Below are positions 50,785 to 64,000 of a stretch of DNA of 64,000 nucleotides, in pieces. Location: contig OZ024740.1 of the NCBI GenBank assembly GCA_964016885.1, positions 337,218,001 to 337,282,000 of the forward strand, given 5' to 3'. Origin of the DNA: Eledone cirrhosa. Its lineage: Eukaryota. The translations under genes were made by a program, and so were the position numbers. The number at the start of each line of letters is the position of its first letter. Position 1 is the first letter of the stretch. A model generated the notes under the pieces. It was not told the DNA's origin. It worked only from the letters and a program-made list of their open reading frames with translations, and made no database searches.

Positions 50785-51670
50785 CATCTCTATCTCTCTC
50801 TATATATATGAGTGTCTGTATGTGTTTATGTCCTGGTAAGAAGACAGTGATAGAATATGTATCAGACTTGAAAAATATATGTATTGGTGTTGATATGATT
50901 GATTAATATTTTCAAGGTAGTGCTCTAGAATGGCCGCAGTTCAATGACTGAAGCTAGTAAAATATAAAGGGTTCCATGGCAGTAAATTTGTGAACCATCG
51001 TTATATATGATTTATCAAATCTTCTAATTTGATTCATCCATTTATCCCACAGTCTCACTCAACCAGTGTGTATTAGGTTTAGAATAGATAGACTGTAATC
51101 CTGCATGTTATAAGAGGAGACTAAAAGGGCTGATATCAGTAATGGCATCCAGCCATAAAACATTTCCCCCCAAAAGACCTCTTGATGAGTATGAAGCTTG
51201 CCATGAAGTCTAACGTCTAAGTATAAAGTCTGTCTTAAGTCAGAAGGCTCGTTAGGCCAGTGCTTATCCCAGTTTCATGGTATGACGCAACTGAGAGTAC
51301 AAGATTCCCCCATGGACAGGGACGCCAGTCCATCACAGGGTTAAACCCCCAGCTATTGCTGGTACTCATTTTCAGTTGAGTATACTGGGGCAACATGAAA
51401 TGAAGTGTTTTGCTCAAGAACATAACATGCAACCCAGCCCATGAATCAAACTCACGACAGTATGATCGTAAGTCCAACACCCTTACACAAATCTCTGCTT
51501 TAGTAGGGGAAGATGATCTTAAAATTCTTGTTAGTTCTGTGATTTTTTTTCCAAAAAATATTTAACATGTTCAATGACAAAATAAGTTTGGAGATTACTG
51601 TTGTAGAAGGTTCTTCAATACTTTTAGTCTGTTTTATTCCTCTAATATAAGTATTCCATTCTATTTCCAG

Positions 51671-51730
51671 ACATTCAGTATCACACAAGAGGATCATGAA
51701 CTGTTTATTAAAGATGAACTCAAGAAAAAG
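51671..51730 (+). CDS. Host-gene exon, Munc13-4/BAIAP3-like (TFSITQEDHELFIKDELKKK)
   Basis: tttccag acceptor, AAG/gtatgg donor, 60 bp open, phase 0-0. Confidence 0.65.
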
Positions 51731-51957
51731 GTATGGCTTTTAGACACAGTCAAATATTTCAGGGATATTTTTAATTCTTTTCTTTTTTTAAAAGAAAAAG
51801 TGAATTAAGATTCCAATTTATTTTTTTGTACTCATATTTTCGTGTCACCATAGAAACAAACCTTCATCTTTATAGAATCAATAACTCTAACATGTTTGTT
51901 GTAAATCAATAAATGATATTTGTTATGGCACTAGGATTATGGCAGAGAGGATTGTAT

Positions 51958-52640
51958 ATTGTTGCTGTTGTTGATGATGATGATGATAGCAATTCTGATA
52001 ATGATGATGGTAGTAGCTAGGGTGGTTATGATGATGATGACAGTAGTGGTGGTGGTAGTGGTAACGATTGTGGTAGTAGTAGTGATTGTGAGGATAAAGA
52101 TGTTGATGATAGTGGTGGTAGTAATGATGATGTTGATGACAGTGATGCTGCCAATGATGATGGAAATGGTGGTCTTAATAGTGATGATGGTAATGATAAT
52201 GGTGAGTATGATGATGGCAATGTTGGTGGTGGTGGTGGTGGTGGTGGTGGTGGTGGTGGTGATGATGATGATGGTAGTGATGATGATGGTGGGGATGATG
52301 ATGATGATGATGATGATGGTGTTGATGATGATGGTGATGATGATGATGGTGGTGTTGATGATGATGGTGTTGATGATGATGGTGTTGATGATGGTGATGA
52401 TGGTGTTGATGATGATAGTGTTGATGATGATGGTGCTGATGATGATAGTGTTGATGATGATAGTGTTGATGATGATGGTGTTGATGATGATGGTGTTGAT
52501 GATGATAGTGTTGATGATGATAGTGTTGATGATGATAGTGTTGATGATGATGGTGTTGATGATGATGGTGTTGATGATGATGGTGTTGATGATGATAGTG
52601 TTGATGATAATAATAATGGTAATAATAATGATGATGATGG
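51958..52640. repeat. (GAT)/(GGT) trinucleotide tract
   Basis: Read directly; explains the Met/Val-rich ORF. Confidence 0.95.
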
Positions 52641-53307
52641 AAGATTAAGAAATCAACTACGAATGATTTTGAGCATATTTCGAATCAATGGGTTTTACAG
52701 AAAATTTTTGATAAAATTCTTCCTGTGGTTTTATTTATTTATTTATATATAACTGAGTGTTCTCCTTTTTATCATGAGGTTTATGGTTGAAGTTGTTCCT
52801 TATAGCCTATAGAGGAATATTCCCCAAACAGCCGAAATAATTCCCTGAGGTCTTTCGTATAATAAACACAGTAAATACAAAAGACAAAAACTGAAGACAG
52901 ATGTGCCTACAGAGATAATGCACGAACATGTTTTGAATAGATTAACACAAAGTTTCAAGACATTCTTCCTTTATGCTAGTTATCCGATGAAATTCTATTT
53001 TTGTATTCAATGATTTGCTATGGTTCTACAAACATTTATTTTTCTCTTATAATATCTTGCTATTATATTACCAATAGATAGTATTTGATTTCCATGAATC
53101 ATTCAGTCCCTTGTAGATTACACAACACAAATGTTTTAAGGAGCTTGATCCATGCAGAAAAAAAAAAATGTTGATGACAAGAAGACCCCAGCTCCCCTCC
53201 AAAGGAAAAAAAATCAAAACGAAATAAAATAAAGGAAAATATATATATATATATATATAAAAATGCTCAAGTGTTTGATTTTTTAGAGGAAAAATACAAA
53301 GATATAC

Positions 53308-53985
53308 ATGATTGTTGCTGTGACTGTTGTTGTTGATGTTATTGTTGTAGTATTTGTTGTTATTGTTGTTGTTGCTGTTCATGTTGCTGTTGTTGATGTT
53401 GTTGTAGTAGTATTTGTTGTTGTGGTTGTAGCTGTTGTTATTGCTTATTCGATTGTTGTTGTTGTTATTGTTGCTGTTGTTGTTGTTGTTGTTACTGTTG
53501 CTGTTGCTTACTGATATTGCTGTTGTTGATGTTATTGATGTAGTATTTGTTGTTGTAGTTGTAGCTGTTGTTATTGCTTATTTGATTTTTATTGCCATTG
53601 TTGTTGCTGTTGTTGTTGCTGTTGTTGTTGTTATTGTTGTTGTTATTGCTCACTTGACTATTATTGGCATTGTTGTTGTTGTTGTTGTTATTCATGTTGC
53701 TGTTGTTGTTGTTGTTACTATTCATGTTGTTGCTGTTCATATTGTTATTGTTGGTTGTTGTTGTTCATGTTGTTGTTATTGTTGTAGTTGTTGTAGATGT
53801 TATTATTGCTTGCTAGACTCATATTGGTAATGCTGTTGCTGCTACTGTTGTTGTTGTTGTAATTGTAGTTGTTATAGTTGTAGCAGTTATTGTTTGCTAG
53901 CCGTTGTTTGTATTGCTCTAGTTGCAGTAGTAATTATTTTTGTAGTTATTATAGTTGTAATTGTTGTAGTTGTAGTTGCTATTAT
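53308..53985. repeat. (GTT)n-derived low-complexity tract
   Basis: Read directly. Confidence 0.93.
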
Positions 53986-53998
53986 TGTGTACTAGACT

Positions 53999-54267
53999 AA
54001 GGGTGGTAGATTGGCAGTATCGGTAGAGGGTCGGACGCCATGCTTTGACGCATTGAGTTACGGCCCTTGCCATTCTGAGTTTAAATCTCGCTGAGGTCAA
54101 CTTTGCCTTTCATCCTTACGCGGTTGATAAAATAAAGTACCAGTAATGCACTGGGTAATTGCTGGCCTTGTGCCAAAAGTAAAAACAATTATTATAATTA
54201 AGGGTTGATAAAATAAATACCAGTAATGCACTGGGTAATTGCTGGCCTTGTGCCTAAAGTAGAAACA
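53999..54267 (+). mobile_element. SINE family 1 with duplicated 3' end, 18-bp TSD
   Basis: TSD attattgtgtactagact at 53981-53998 and 54268-54285. Confidence 0.9.
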
Positions 54268-55337
54268 ATTATTGTGTACTAGACTCATATTGGTGTTGTG
54301 ATTGTGGTTGCTGTTGTTATTGTTTTCTGGGTCGTTATTGGTATTGCTGTTTGTGCTATTATTGTTGTAAATGTTTGCTTTATTGTTATTGATATTGCAG
54401 TAGTTGTTGTAGTTGTAGTATTTGTTGTTATTATTATTGTTGGCTAGATTTTTATTGGTATTGTTGTTATTGTTGTCAATGTTGTTGTAGTTGTTGTTGA
54501 TGATGATGATGATATTTATTTTCTATGAATACAAATTTTATTATTGGAAGAAGTAAGATTCTATATTCCACTTTGGTGCACCAACAACAGCCAAAGGAAC
54601 AATAGAGAATAAAACAGTGATAACCCTTCAAAAGTTTTCATTACACATGTGTGTGTACAGAGTACACATGGTCTGAAACATGTGGATGCACATTCACACA
54701 CATGTATATATCTTTTATTAGCTATATTTAATATTTGTGTGTCTATGTGTGTTTATGTATTTGTGAATATATTAGATTTCTAATGCTGAAGTCCCATGAA
54801 TTTATATTTTCCCATATGTACATCTGTTTGTATCAATGACTGTCTGTACAACTTCAAATCCCGCCGAGGTTGACTTTGCCTTTCATCCTTACGGGGTCGA
54901 TAAAATAAAGTACCAGTAATGCACTGGGTAATTGCTGGCCTTGTGCCTAAAGTAGAAACAATTATATATATATATATATATATTTCATTTCATTTCATTT
55001 CACGTCCGCTTTTTCCCTGCTTGCAAGGGTGGGACGGGAACTGATTCTGGCTTGATTTCTACAGCTGAATGCCCTTCCTAACACCAACCTCATTTACTGT
55101 GAGTGCTGGGTGCTTTTTTGCCATGGCACCTCCACGACCACTTTGCAGTGGAATGATAGGGACCCTAGTCCCTATCATCTCATTTCTACAGCTGAGTAAA
55201 CTGGAGCAATGTGAAATAAAGTGTCTTGCTCAAGGAAACAACACATCACCCGGTCTGAGAATTGAACTCACAACCTATCAATTGCAAGGCCAATGCTCTA
55301 ACCACTAAGCCATATGCCTCCATATATATATATACAT

Positions 55338-55386
<49 letters not shown>

Positions 55387-55689
55387 TATACATATATATA
55401 ATAATTGACGAGACTAGCATGGGTTTCACTGCTAGTACTGGTTGCATCTCAGTTACTCTAGGTAATGTTAAGTAAACTCCTAGAGTAGACACAGTTATTC
55501 GCTTTAACACAACACATGTAAATGGGTACCTTCAATCTATAATTGTACTCAAGTTTCGGCCCCACTTAATGCAGCAATTTACTGCCTGCATTTATTATGC
55601 AACAATGCACAATCGGCGCATGTGGCTTAAAGAAAAAGCCCTCAATAGAAGGTATATTTCAGTTTGCCATGTAATTTATACAATATAGT

Positions 55690-55724
<35 letters not shown>

Positions 55725-55919
55725 CATGAGCTAGAGGATTGACATGAGCTCAAGTGGTTTTGGGTAAGAGATTATTAGCCAAATTAGGTAAATCTCTACC
55801 TCATCAATATACCCACTCTGCATCTCACTATGCATTGAATACTCAAATTTGTGTTCTTCTTGGTTTTTATACCACAGACACTCAATATATATATGTATAT
55901 ATATATATGTAAAGTTTTT

Positions 55920-56163
55920 GTGTAGGTGTCACAACAAAAAGCACCCAGTCCACACTGTAAAGTGGTCGTGTAGAAGACACGGTAAAAAGGCTCCCAGTCT
56001 ACACTGTAAATGTGGTATGGCATTAGGAAGGGCATCCAGCCGTAGAAAACCCGCCAGAGACAGTTCTATACAAGCAAGACACCCGACAAATCTTGCCGCA
56101 AGTGGGGCAAACCCGTCTAACCCATGCTCATGCGGAAGATGGACGTTAAACGATGATGATGAT
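55920..56163 (+). mobile_element. RTE-related 3' UTR copy
   Basis: Internal modules, ggaagggcatccagcc, (GAT)n tail. Confidence 0.8.
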
Positions 56164-56214
56164 ATATATATATATAATAATAATAATATAATAATAATAA
56201 TAATATATATATAT

Positions 56215-56565
56215 AATGAAAATTATTGTGTACAGTGCTCAGGTGCACTACAACTTATCAAAGGTGCATGTATAGTATATAGAATAATGTACAAATGTCA
56301 GGAAAGTGAACAGTGTAAGTCATGACACACACTCACACACATGTGTGTATGGAGGAGGAATGTCAGGTGTAGTGTTGCTGAATTTTTGGAAGTTTTGAAG
56401 GATGCAGTCTCCCGGCAGCTAACAACAGATTCAGGTAGTTTGTTCTATGCTTCAGCAATTCTGAGCATGAAAAGATGTTTCCAAAAGTCTTGGGAGCTAT
56501 GCTGTTTTCTGATTTTGTAAGCATGTCCACAGGTGTTAGACATAAAGGTGCTCAAGATGGTTAAT
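56215..56565 (-). mobile_element. CR1-group LINE 3' end
   Basis: Homologous to 3745-4130. Confidence 0.8.
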
Positions 56566-56704
56566 ATATATATGTATATTTTTTTTTAGGTAAAAAGTAA
56601 GTGAAAAAGCACAGGGGTATATTTAAAGATTATTTTTTCCTTTATCCAACAGAATAAATATTTTTACAGTTGTTACTTTTAATGGATTTAAATTTTAATT
56701 GGTC

Positions 56705-56966
56705 TACCGCAAGGTGGTCGTGGAGGTGCCACGGCAAAAAAGCACCCAGCCCACACTGTAAAGTGGATGTGTAGGTGCCACGAAAAAGCACCCAGCACTC
56801 ACTGTAAATGAGGTTGGTGTTAGGAAGGGCATCCAGCTATAGAAATCAAGCCAAATCAGTTCCTGTATGAGCAAGGCACGGTAAGCCGACCAGACACTGT
56901 CCACAACAGAACAACCCGTCTAACCCATGCTAGCATGGAAGAACGGACGTAAAACGATGATGATGA
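56705..56966 (+). mobile_element. RTE subfamily A, 3' UTR-only copy
   Basis: Near-identical to 30366-30630. Confidence 0.9.
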
Positions 56967-57253
56967 ATCTTATCAAATATCAAAAAAGTTTGTTCTTATA
57001 TTCTGGGGGCAATTAGAACATATATCAATTTTCTGTCAAAATTTGTTATATATATGTTTTTTATGAAGGTGGGGTGGTGATGGTGGAAGTGAGGTTCAAC
57101 AGATCAGGATTCAATTGATTCACTAGAAAATTCTCTAGGTTTAAATAGAAAATTCCTTTTCTATTTATAATAATGGTCCAGATGGCATTGTATTGTTTTC
57201 ACATGCACGCACGCATGTACCCCCCCCCCCCCCCACATACATACATACATATA

Positions 57254-58257
57254 TAAGCTTAATTAAGAATGTAGGCTTCACATGTAGCAGCTGTGCTGGG
57301 ACAGCAAGCAGCAAACAGCCACAGGAAACAAGTACCACCAATCTCTGGGAGGGCTCTGTAGAGACAGTAGACAGCTTCTGCTACCTAGGTGACCGAATTA
57401 GCAGTGGAGGTGGGTGTTCAGAAAGTACAATAACTAGGGTAAGAATGGGATGGAAGAAGTTCAGGGAGCTACTGCCACTGCGAGCTGCAAAAGGCTTCTC
57501 CCTCAAAATGAAAGGCAGACTGTATGATGCGTGTATCCGAACAGCAATGTTACATGGTAGTGAGACCTGGGCGCTGAAGGTGGAAGGCTTACGTAGATTA
57601 GAAAGAAACGAAGCCTGCATGCTCCGATGGATGTGTAATAGTAATATACGCAAATGGCAAAGCATAAATGAATTGAGAGAGAGACTGAACATAAGAGGAA
57701 TCAAATGCTGTGTGCAAGAGAGGCGGTTGCGTTGGTATGGACATGTGATGCGTATGAAGGATGACAGCAGCTGCATAAAAAGGTGCAGAGCACTAGAAGT
57801 CAATGGAAACCGCAGAGTGGGGAGACCCAAGAAGACCTGGGTTGAGGTGATAAAAGCCGACCTTACCCAATTACACCTCTCAAAGGCGATGACACACGAC
57901 CGTGACCTCTGGCGTCACGCAGTAATACAGAGTACCCGACCTCCCATGGGTACAAGCTGAAGCATATAGACAATATGCCCCCACACCCTCCCACTGCAAA
58001 GTGGTCGTGGAGGTGCCACAGCAAAAAAGCACCCAGCCCACACTGTAAAGTGGATGTGTAGGCGCCACGGAAAAAGCACCCAGCACTCACTGTAAATGAG
58101 GTTGGTGTTAGGAAGGGCATCCAGCTGTAGAAATCAAGCCAAATCAGTTCCTGTATGAGCAAGGCATGGTCAGCCGACCAGACACTGCCCACAACAGGAC
58201 AACCCGTCTAACCCATGCTAGCATGGAAGAACGGACGTAAAACGGTGATGATGATGA
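57254..58257 (+). mobile_element. RTE subfamily A, 3' 1-kb fragment with open frame
   Basis: 255-aa ORF nearly identical to the C-terminus of the 1039-aa ORF. Confidence 0.95.
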
Positions 58258-58549
58258 AGTATTGGTGTTGATATGATTGATCAATATTTTCAAGGCTGTG
58301 CTCTAGAATGGCTGCAGTTCAATGACTGAAGCTAGTAAAAAGGGTTCCATGGCAGTAAATTTGGGAACCACTGTTATATAGGATTCATGGACTCTTCTAA
58401 TTTGATTTATCCATTTATCCCACAAAGTCTCACTCAACCAGTGTGTATTAGATTTAGAATAGGTAGACTGTAATCCTGCATGTCATAAGAGGAGACTAAA
58501 AGGGTTGACATCAGGAAGGGCATCCAGCAATAAAACATTGGTCCCAAAA

Positions 58550-58952
58550 GGTATTCTATAATAATTTAATTTCATAATTTTACAATTTTACAATTTTGCT
58601 ATGTAGTCCTTTGTTAACTTCGGTGGAAAGTTTTTAAAAATCCTGGTTAACTTTCTGGAGATCCTTCTCACATTTGTCGGTAGTGATTATCAAAGTGATC
58701 AAAAGATGGCATGTACTTTACACCTCATTAACACTTCCCCAGACCCCTCCCCCAATTCTTTTATATATACACCAACAATATATGACTTTAGATCAGTTTA
58801 ACAATCACCATCGATGAATGTGAGAAAGTTCTCCAGAAAGTTAACCAGGATTAAAAAAAAACTTTCCACTGAAGTTAACAAAGGACTTACTAAATCCACA
58901 TAGCAAATTTGTAAAATTGTAAAATTATAAAATTAAATTGTTATAGAATGCC
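58550..58952. mobile_element. ~400-bp foldback/MITE-like element
   Basis: 58550-58705 is an imperfect inverted copy of 58785-58952. Confidence 0.75.
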
Positions 58953-59167
58953 AACTACAAGTGTAGTCATTATTTTCTTTTTTTCAAATCTGATGATTCC
59001 AGACTTCCCCCTGGAAGAAACAATTGTCAGCAAATAAATGTATTAAACTAAGATTTGATTGTTTTAACACTTTATATATATATATATATAACGAAGGAAA
59101 TGTGGTAAGGAACCAGGTGGACCATAACGCACCAAAGTACTCAATACTTAGGGTAGTAGAGTGGGTA

Positions 59168-59285
59168 ATAGGAACAAGTAGGACCCCGACGGCTGAGCTC
59201 AAGCCGTTTCGACGGCTAATTCTGGACTCAGAATTAGCCGTCGAAACGGATTGAGCTCAGCCGTCGGGGTCCTACTCGTTCCTAT
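59168..59285. repeat. GC-rich near-perfect hairpin with hammerhead 3' half
   Basis: taggaacaagtaggaccccgacggctgagc... pairs with ...gctcagccgtcggggtcctactcgttccta; related decayed copies at 8575-8710 and 59340-59520. Confidence 0.85.
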
Positions 59286-59522
59286 ATATATATATATATA
59301 TAAAGTGTTAAAACTTATATATATATATACACATAAAAATCAAGATTAAAAATCAGTTTAAAACTAATTAGACTATTACTCAACAGAGTACTCGATACAT
59401 GGGGTAGTAGAGTATGGCTATATTATAAAGAGACCAGACCTATGGCTTAGCTATTCAACAGTTCCGGAATTAGCTGTTGAAATGGCAAGAGCTCAGCCAT
59501 TGGGTGGCCCTGACTCTTAATA

Positions 59523-59529
<7 letters not shown>

Positions 59530-59559
<30 letters not shown>

Positions 59560-60215
59560 AATTATTGTATACAGTGCTCAGGTGCACTACAACTCATCAA
59601 AGGTGCATGTATAGTACATAGAATAATATACAAATGTCAGGGAAGTGAATAGTGTATGAGTCATGATATACATGTGTGCGTGTGTATGGAGGGGGAATAT
59701 TAGGTGTAGTGTTGGCGAATCTCAGGAAGCATGGAGGTTTTAAAGGATGCAGTGTCTCAACAGCTAATAACTGATGCAGGTAGTTTGCTCCATGCTTCAG
59801 TAACTCTAAGCATGAAAAAATGTTTCCGAAAGTCATGGGTGCTGTGCTGTTTTCTGACTTTGTTGGCATGCCCACGTGTGTTAGACACATAGAAGTCAAA
59901 AAGGTACTCAGGGTTGTTGTTGGCAAGATGGTTAATAATTTTGTGGGTGTTTACCAAGTCCATTGCCAGATGTCGGAACTTCAATGTATCCTTGTACAGG
60001 GAAGCAAGGTGTTCAGAGTATGGTAGATGCCTGATGGAGGGTATTCGCTTGGTTGCATGTCTCTGAACAGTTTCCAGGAGGTCAATGTTCTGAGCAAGAT
60101 AGGGGTTCCAGACTGGTGATGCAAATCCTAAGTGTGGCCGAACTATATACATAGCTGGAGAGCGGCTGAAAAAGGTCTTGCTGAGTGATGCTAAGACACC
60201 CTCGGCTTTCTTAAC

Positions 60216-60220
<5 letters not shown>
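59530..60220 (-). mobile_element. CR1-group LINE 3' fragment
   Basis: [16 protein letters not shown]...FFMLRVTEAWSKLP. Confidence 0.9.
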
Positions 60221-60268
<48 letters not shown>

Positions 60269-60461
60269 CACATTTATATATATATATGTATCTATATAGA
60301 CATATATATATATGTATCTATATAGACATATGTACATATATATATATATACATAGATGTATCAACCCGGAGTACACCTGAACTTCCACCAGGAAATCTTT
60401 CATATCTTTGAAATATTCTTTGCTTCTTATATATATATATATATATATAATCTAAACATGA

Positions 60462-61299
60462 GCTTATACCACTATTAGCCGCTAAAAATGAAAAATGAAA
60501 GGCAGGCTGTATGATGCTTGCATACGAACAGCAATGTTACATGGCAGTGAGACCTGGGCATTGTGTGCAGAGGATATATGCAGACTGGAGAGGAACGAAG
60601 CTTGCATGCTCCGCTGGATGTGTAATAGTAATATACGTGAATGGCAAAGCATAAACGAATTAAGGGAAAAATTAGAAATAAGAGGGATCAGATGCTGTTT
60701 ACTCAAGAGAAGACTACGTTGGTATGGTCACGTGATGCGCATGAAAGATGACAGCTGTATAAAAAAGTGCAGGGCTATAAAAATAGATGGTAGCCACAGA
60801 GTAGGCAGACCCAGAAAAACCTGGGACGACTTGATAAATTCCGACCTCACACACTTACACCTCTCCAAGACAATGTCACTGGACCGAGATCTTCGGCGCT
60901 ACACAGTAATACTGAAGACTCGCCTTGCCTAAGTACAAAGTGAAACCTACAGTCAGTAGGCACCTCTTAATAAAAATACACCCCGTCCCATTACCCCCAC
61001 CCCATCCACACCACCCCTTTCGATGTAAAGTTATGTTGGTACCACAACATCCAGTCCGAAATAAATGAGGTCGTGTAGGTGTCACGACAAAAAAACACAC
61101 AGTCCACGCTGTAATGTGGCCGTGTAGGTAACACGGTAAAAACCTACCAGTCCACACTGTAAATGTGGTTGGTGTTAGGAAGGGCATCCAGCCATATAAA
61201 ACCCGCCAGACAGTCCTATACGAGCAAGACAACCACTCTTGCCTCAAGTGGGAATACCCTCGTCCAAACCCATGCAAGCGTGGAAGATGGACGTTAAAC

Positions 61300-61330
<31 letters not shown>
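60462..61330 (+). mobile_element. RTE subfamily B, 3' fragment
   Basis: 145-aa C-terminal ORF, 3' UTR, (GAT)n tail. Confidence 0.93.
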
Positions 61331-61332
<2 letters not shown>

Positions 61333-61660
61333 ACACACATATATATATATGGGCATAAAATGGTGATGGTAATGATGATGATGAGATATTTATATATTTA
61401 TATATATATATATATATACATATGCTAGTCCTGGGTTCAATTGGAGGTAACCACAGTAAATAATGAAAAAGTTCTAGTCTTGCAAAAACTCCTTTTTTTA
61501 AGAAAAATTGTTCCTCTCATTTTCAATAATGTCACTTTGATGAATCAAAGAAGAAAAACAGATCCTATAAATATATTTTTCGTGCTATTTCCAATTCCAC
61601 TTTTTTTCTATAACCTCTGTTTTCGCTAGAACCTTACTCCCTTTTCAAATATTTATACAT

Positions 61661-61699
<39 letters not shown>

Positions 61700-61955
61700 G
61701 CCACAATGTATGTAACTTATAAAAGACATGTAGAAGCATTACTTTCTATTGCCCTGGATTGAGCATCTCCTGGGATTTCAATAGCCTCTGTAATCTTATT
61801 CTACTATTTGGATGAAATATTAGACCTGACAAACCATGAAACCATGTATATAAGAATATACACCAGATAACAATAACAACAGTAACAACCATGTAACAAA
61901 TAGCTTACTCTACTGAATGATAGGGAACTGTATCATAATATGTATGTCTACACAC

Positions 61956-61987
<32 letters not shown>

Positions 61988-62064
61988 ATGTGTGTATATA
62001 TATATATATGTATATGTGTGTGTGTGTGTATATATATATGTATATGTAGCAATATATATGTATA

Positions 62065-62425
62065 TGTGAAGGTGCATGGCTCAGTGTTTAGAATGTTGAG
62101 CTTACAATCATGAGGTTGTGAGGTTTGATTCCTGGGCAGGGCAGTGTGTTGTGTCCTTGAGCAAGACACTTTTTTTCATGTTGCTCCAGTTCACTCAGCT
62201 GTAGAAATAAGTTGTGACGTCACTGGTGCCAAGTTATATCAGCTTTTGCCTTTCCTTTGGACAGCATCTGTGGTGTGGAGAGGGGGTGACTGCATTGCAT
62301 GGGCGACTGTTGGTCTTCCATAAAAAACACCTTGCCCAGACTTGTGCCTTGGAAGGGGAAATTTCCAGGTGCAAATCCTATAGTCATTTGTGACTGAAAG
62401 GGGGTCTTTACTCTTTACACTTTTA
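62065..62425 (+). mobile_element. tRNA-derived SINE (family 2)
   Basis: Homologous to 9765-10115. Confidence 0.78.
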
Positions 62426-62677
62426 TATAAGTCTATATGTATTTTATTTCACATTGCTCCAGTTGACTCAGCTGACAAAAATCAGTTGTATCTGTAATTC
62501 ATTATTCTTTGTGTCATGCTGAATCTCCCTGAGAACTACGTTATAGGTGCACGTGTCTGTGGAATGCTCAGCCCCCCAACATGTCAATTTCACAGACAGG
62601 TAGTTCTGTTGTTCAAACAACTGGAGCAAAAGTGTGTACATATATGTATATCAGTATGTGTATCTATGCATGCATCT

Positions 62678-63380
62678 TAAGAGTCAATGGCCATCCAAAA
62701 TCACCGGGAGAGATGACCCCTTAGCCTTTGTCAAGGCAGAATTCTAGGAGAAGGAAAACTCTGATATAACACCTACAACTCTGATGGTATCCAATGATGT
62801 TGACTTGTTCTTCTTTTTGGTAAATATCATCTTGGTTAAGAGAGTGGGACTGGCTTTGTGCAGTGCCTTTGCTCACTATAAAAGCTTCATGGCACAGGCA
62901 TTGCTTTATATCTGGAGATCTCTCTGCACTTGTCGTCACATGGTACCATGGACCCAGCACTATGTGTCAATAATTGTCACAAGTGTAGTGTTTGTATCAG
63001 AGTTTTTAAGTTGCTGGCTGGACTAAAAAGTCACACTTGTTCAGCGCATCGGTAGGGGTTCTCCTACAAGTAGTGGTCGTACTCGAAAACGAGTTGGCAG
63101 CCACCATGTATGTATGTATATTATGCACATGGACATGGACATACTTGGTTTGGTACCCAAATATATGGTTAGCCCATTGGGAGTGAGAGACCCATAGTTC
63201 TTGTTAAGATATCATTCTAGGAGAAAGAAAACTCTGATGTAAAACTTGTGATTCAATGGCAGCCAATGATGTTGACCTGTTCTTTTAGGATTCCTGTCAC
63301 TGTTGTTCACAGAGTGGGATTAATCCAATGCAAGGCCTTTCTTCACTTAAAAAAGTTTCAAGCACAGGCATCACTTGATC
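62678..63380 (+). repeat. Two decayed copies of the 14994-15670 repeat family
   Basis: Shared aagagtcaaYggccatccaaaa, ttctaggagaagg and agagtgggatt segments. Confidence 0.65.
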
Positions 63381-64000
63381 TAAATGAATTTCATGTGTGT
63401 TGAGTGAATATTTTCTTTTTTCATTTGATGCAGCATATGCAACACTAAGATGTATGTATGTGAATGCACACATATACACACACATACATATACATGTAAA
63501 TATGTATGTGAGTGTGTGGGCATGTGTATATGTGTGTGCATATTTATGTGTGCATATTTATGTGCATAAATATATGTTTATATGTGTGTATATACTGTAT
63601 GTACACTCCTTCAAGTGGGTCCTTTCAGAAGCAACCAAACCATCTCCAAGCTCATAGCTGTTATCCAGTCAACTTGCTTGGAGTTTACCCCTGGGTCTTC
63701 TGCCAATTGGCTTTGCCCACAAAATCTGTCCAGTGATTCCCTCCTGAGACATTGTAACCACATGCCCATAATATCAGAGCTGTGATCTCTCAATTCGGAG
63801 AAATAGCAGCTCTACCTGGAGTAACTCTCTGATCTCTGAGCTATACACTCTATCAAGTAACATTGCTCCAGAGACTCTTCAGAGGAACCCCATTTTGGCT
63901 GCTTGTATTCTCGATCATATCTTTTGGTCATTACTTAAGATTCATGACAATAGGTAAGGGTTAGCATGAATACCGAATTGAAGATAGACTCTATTTGTAT

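Noticed and set aside
51959-53830. Met/Val/Leu-rich membrane-like ORFs
   Set aside because: Trinucleotide repeat artefacts.
58810-58850. Hammerhead in the foldback arm (UCGAUGA...GAAAG)
   Set aside because: Core mismatched in both arms, and no stem I or valid cleavage triplet.

Overview
AT-rich, repeat-dominated eukaryotic DNA. The SINE, RTE-LINE and (AT)n landscape looks like an octopus or other coleoid cephalopod, which is an inference. Most ORFs in the track are microsatellite or transposon artefacts. Supported content: (1) one apparently intact RTE-clade LINE (26596-30634, 1039-aa APE+RT+PHD-like ORF) plus many truncated copies from at least three subfamilies; (2) decayed CR1-, Tx1/L1- and R4/Dong-like LINEs, tRNA-derived SINEs and foldback elements; (3) three small + strand exons that splice in frame into a Munc13-4/BAIAP3-like N-terminal peptide across a ~32 kb intron. 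The main signal not shown by the ORF track is a dense set of type I hammerhead ribozyme motifs: 8 with intact cores, from several families, and about 6 decayed. They sit in short non-coding, (TA)n-flanked, often head-to-head palindromic elements resembling Penelope-like pseudo-LTRs. One family keeps stem I and an AUA cleavage site constant while stem II changes completely but stays paired. All alignments and folds were done by eye, and repeat boundaries are approximate.
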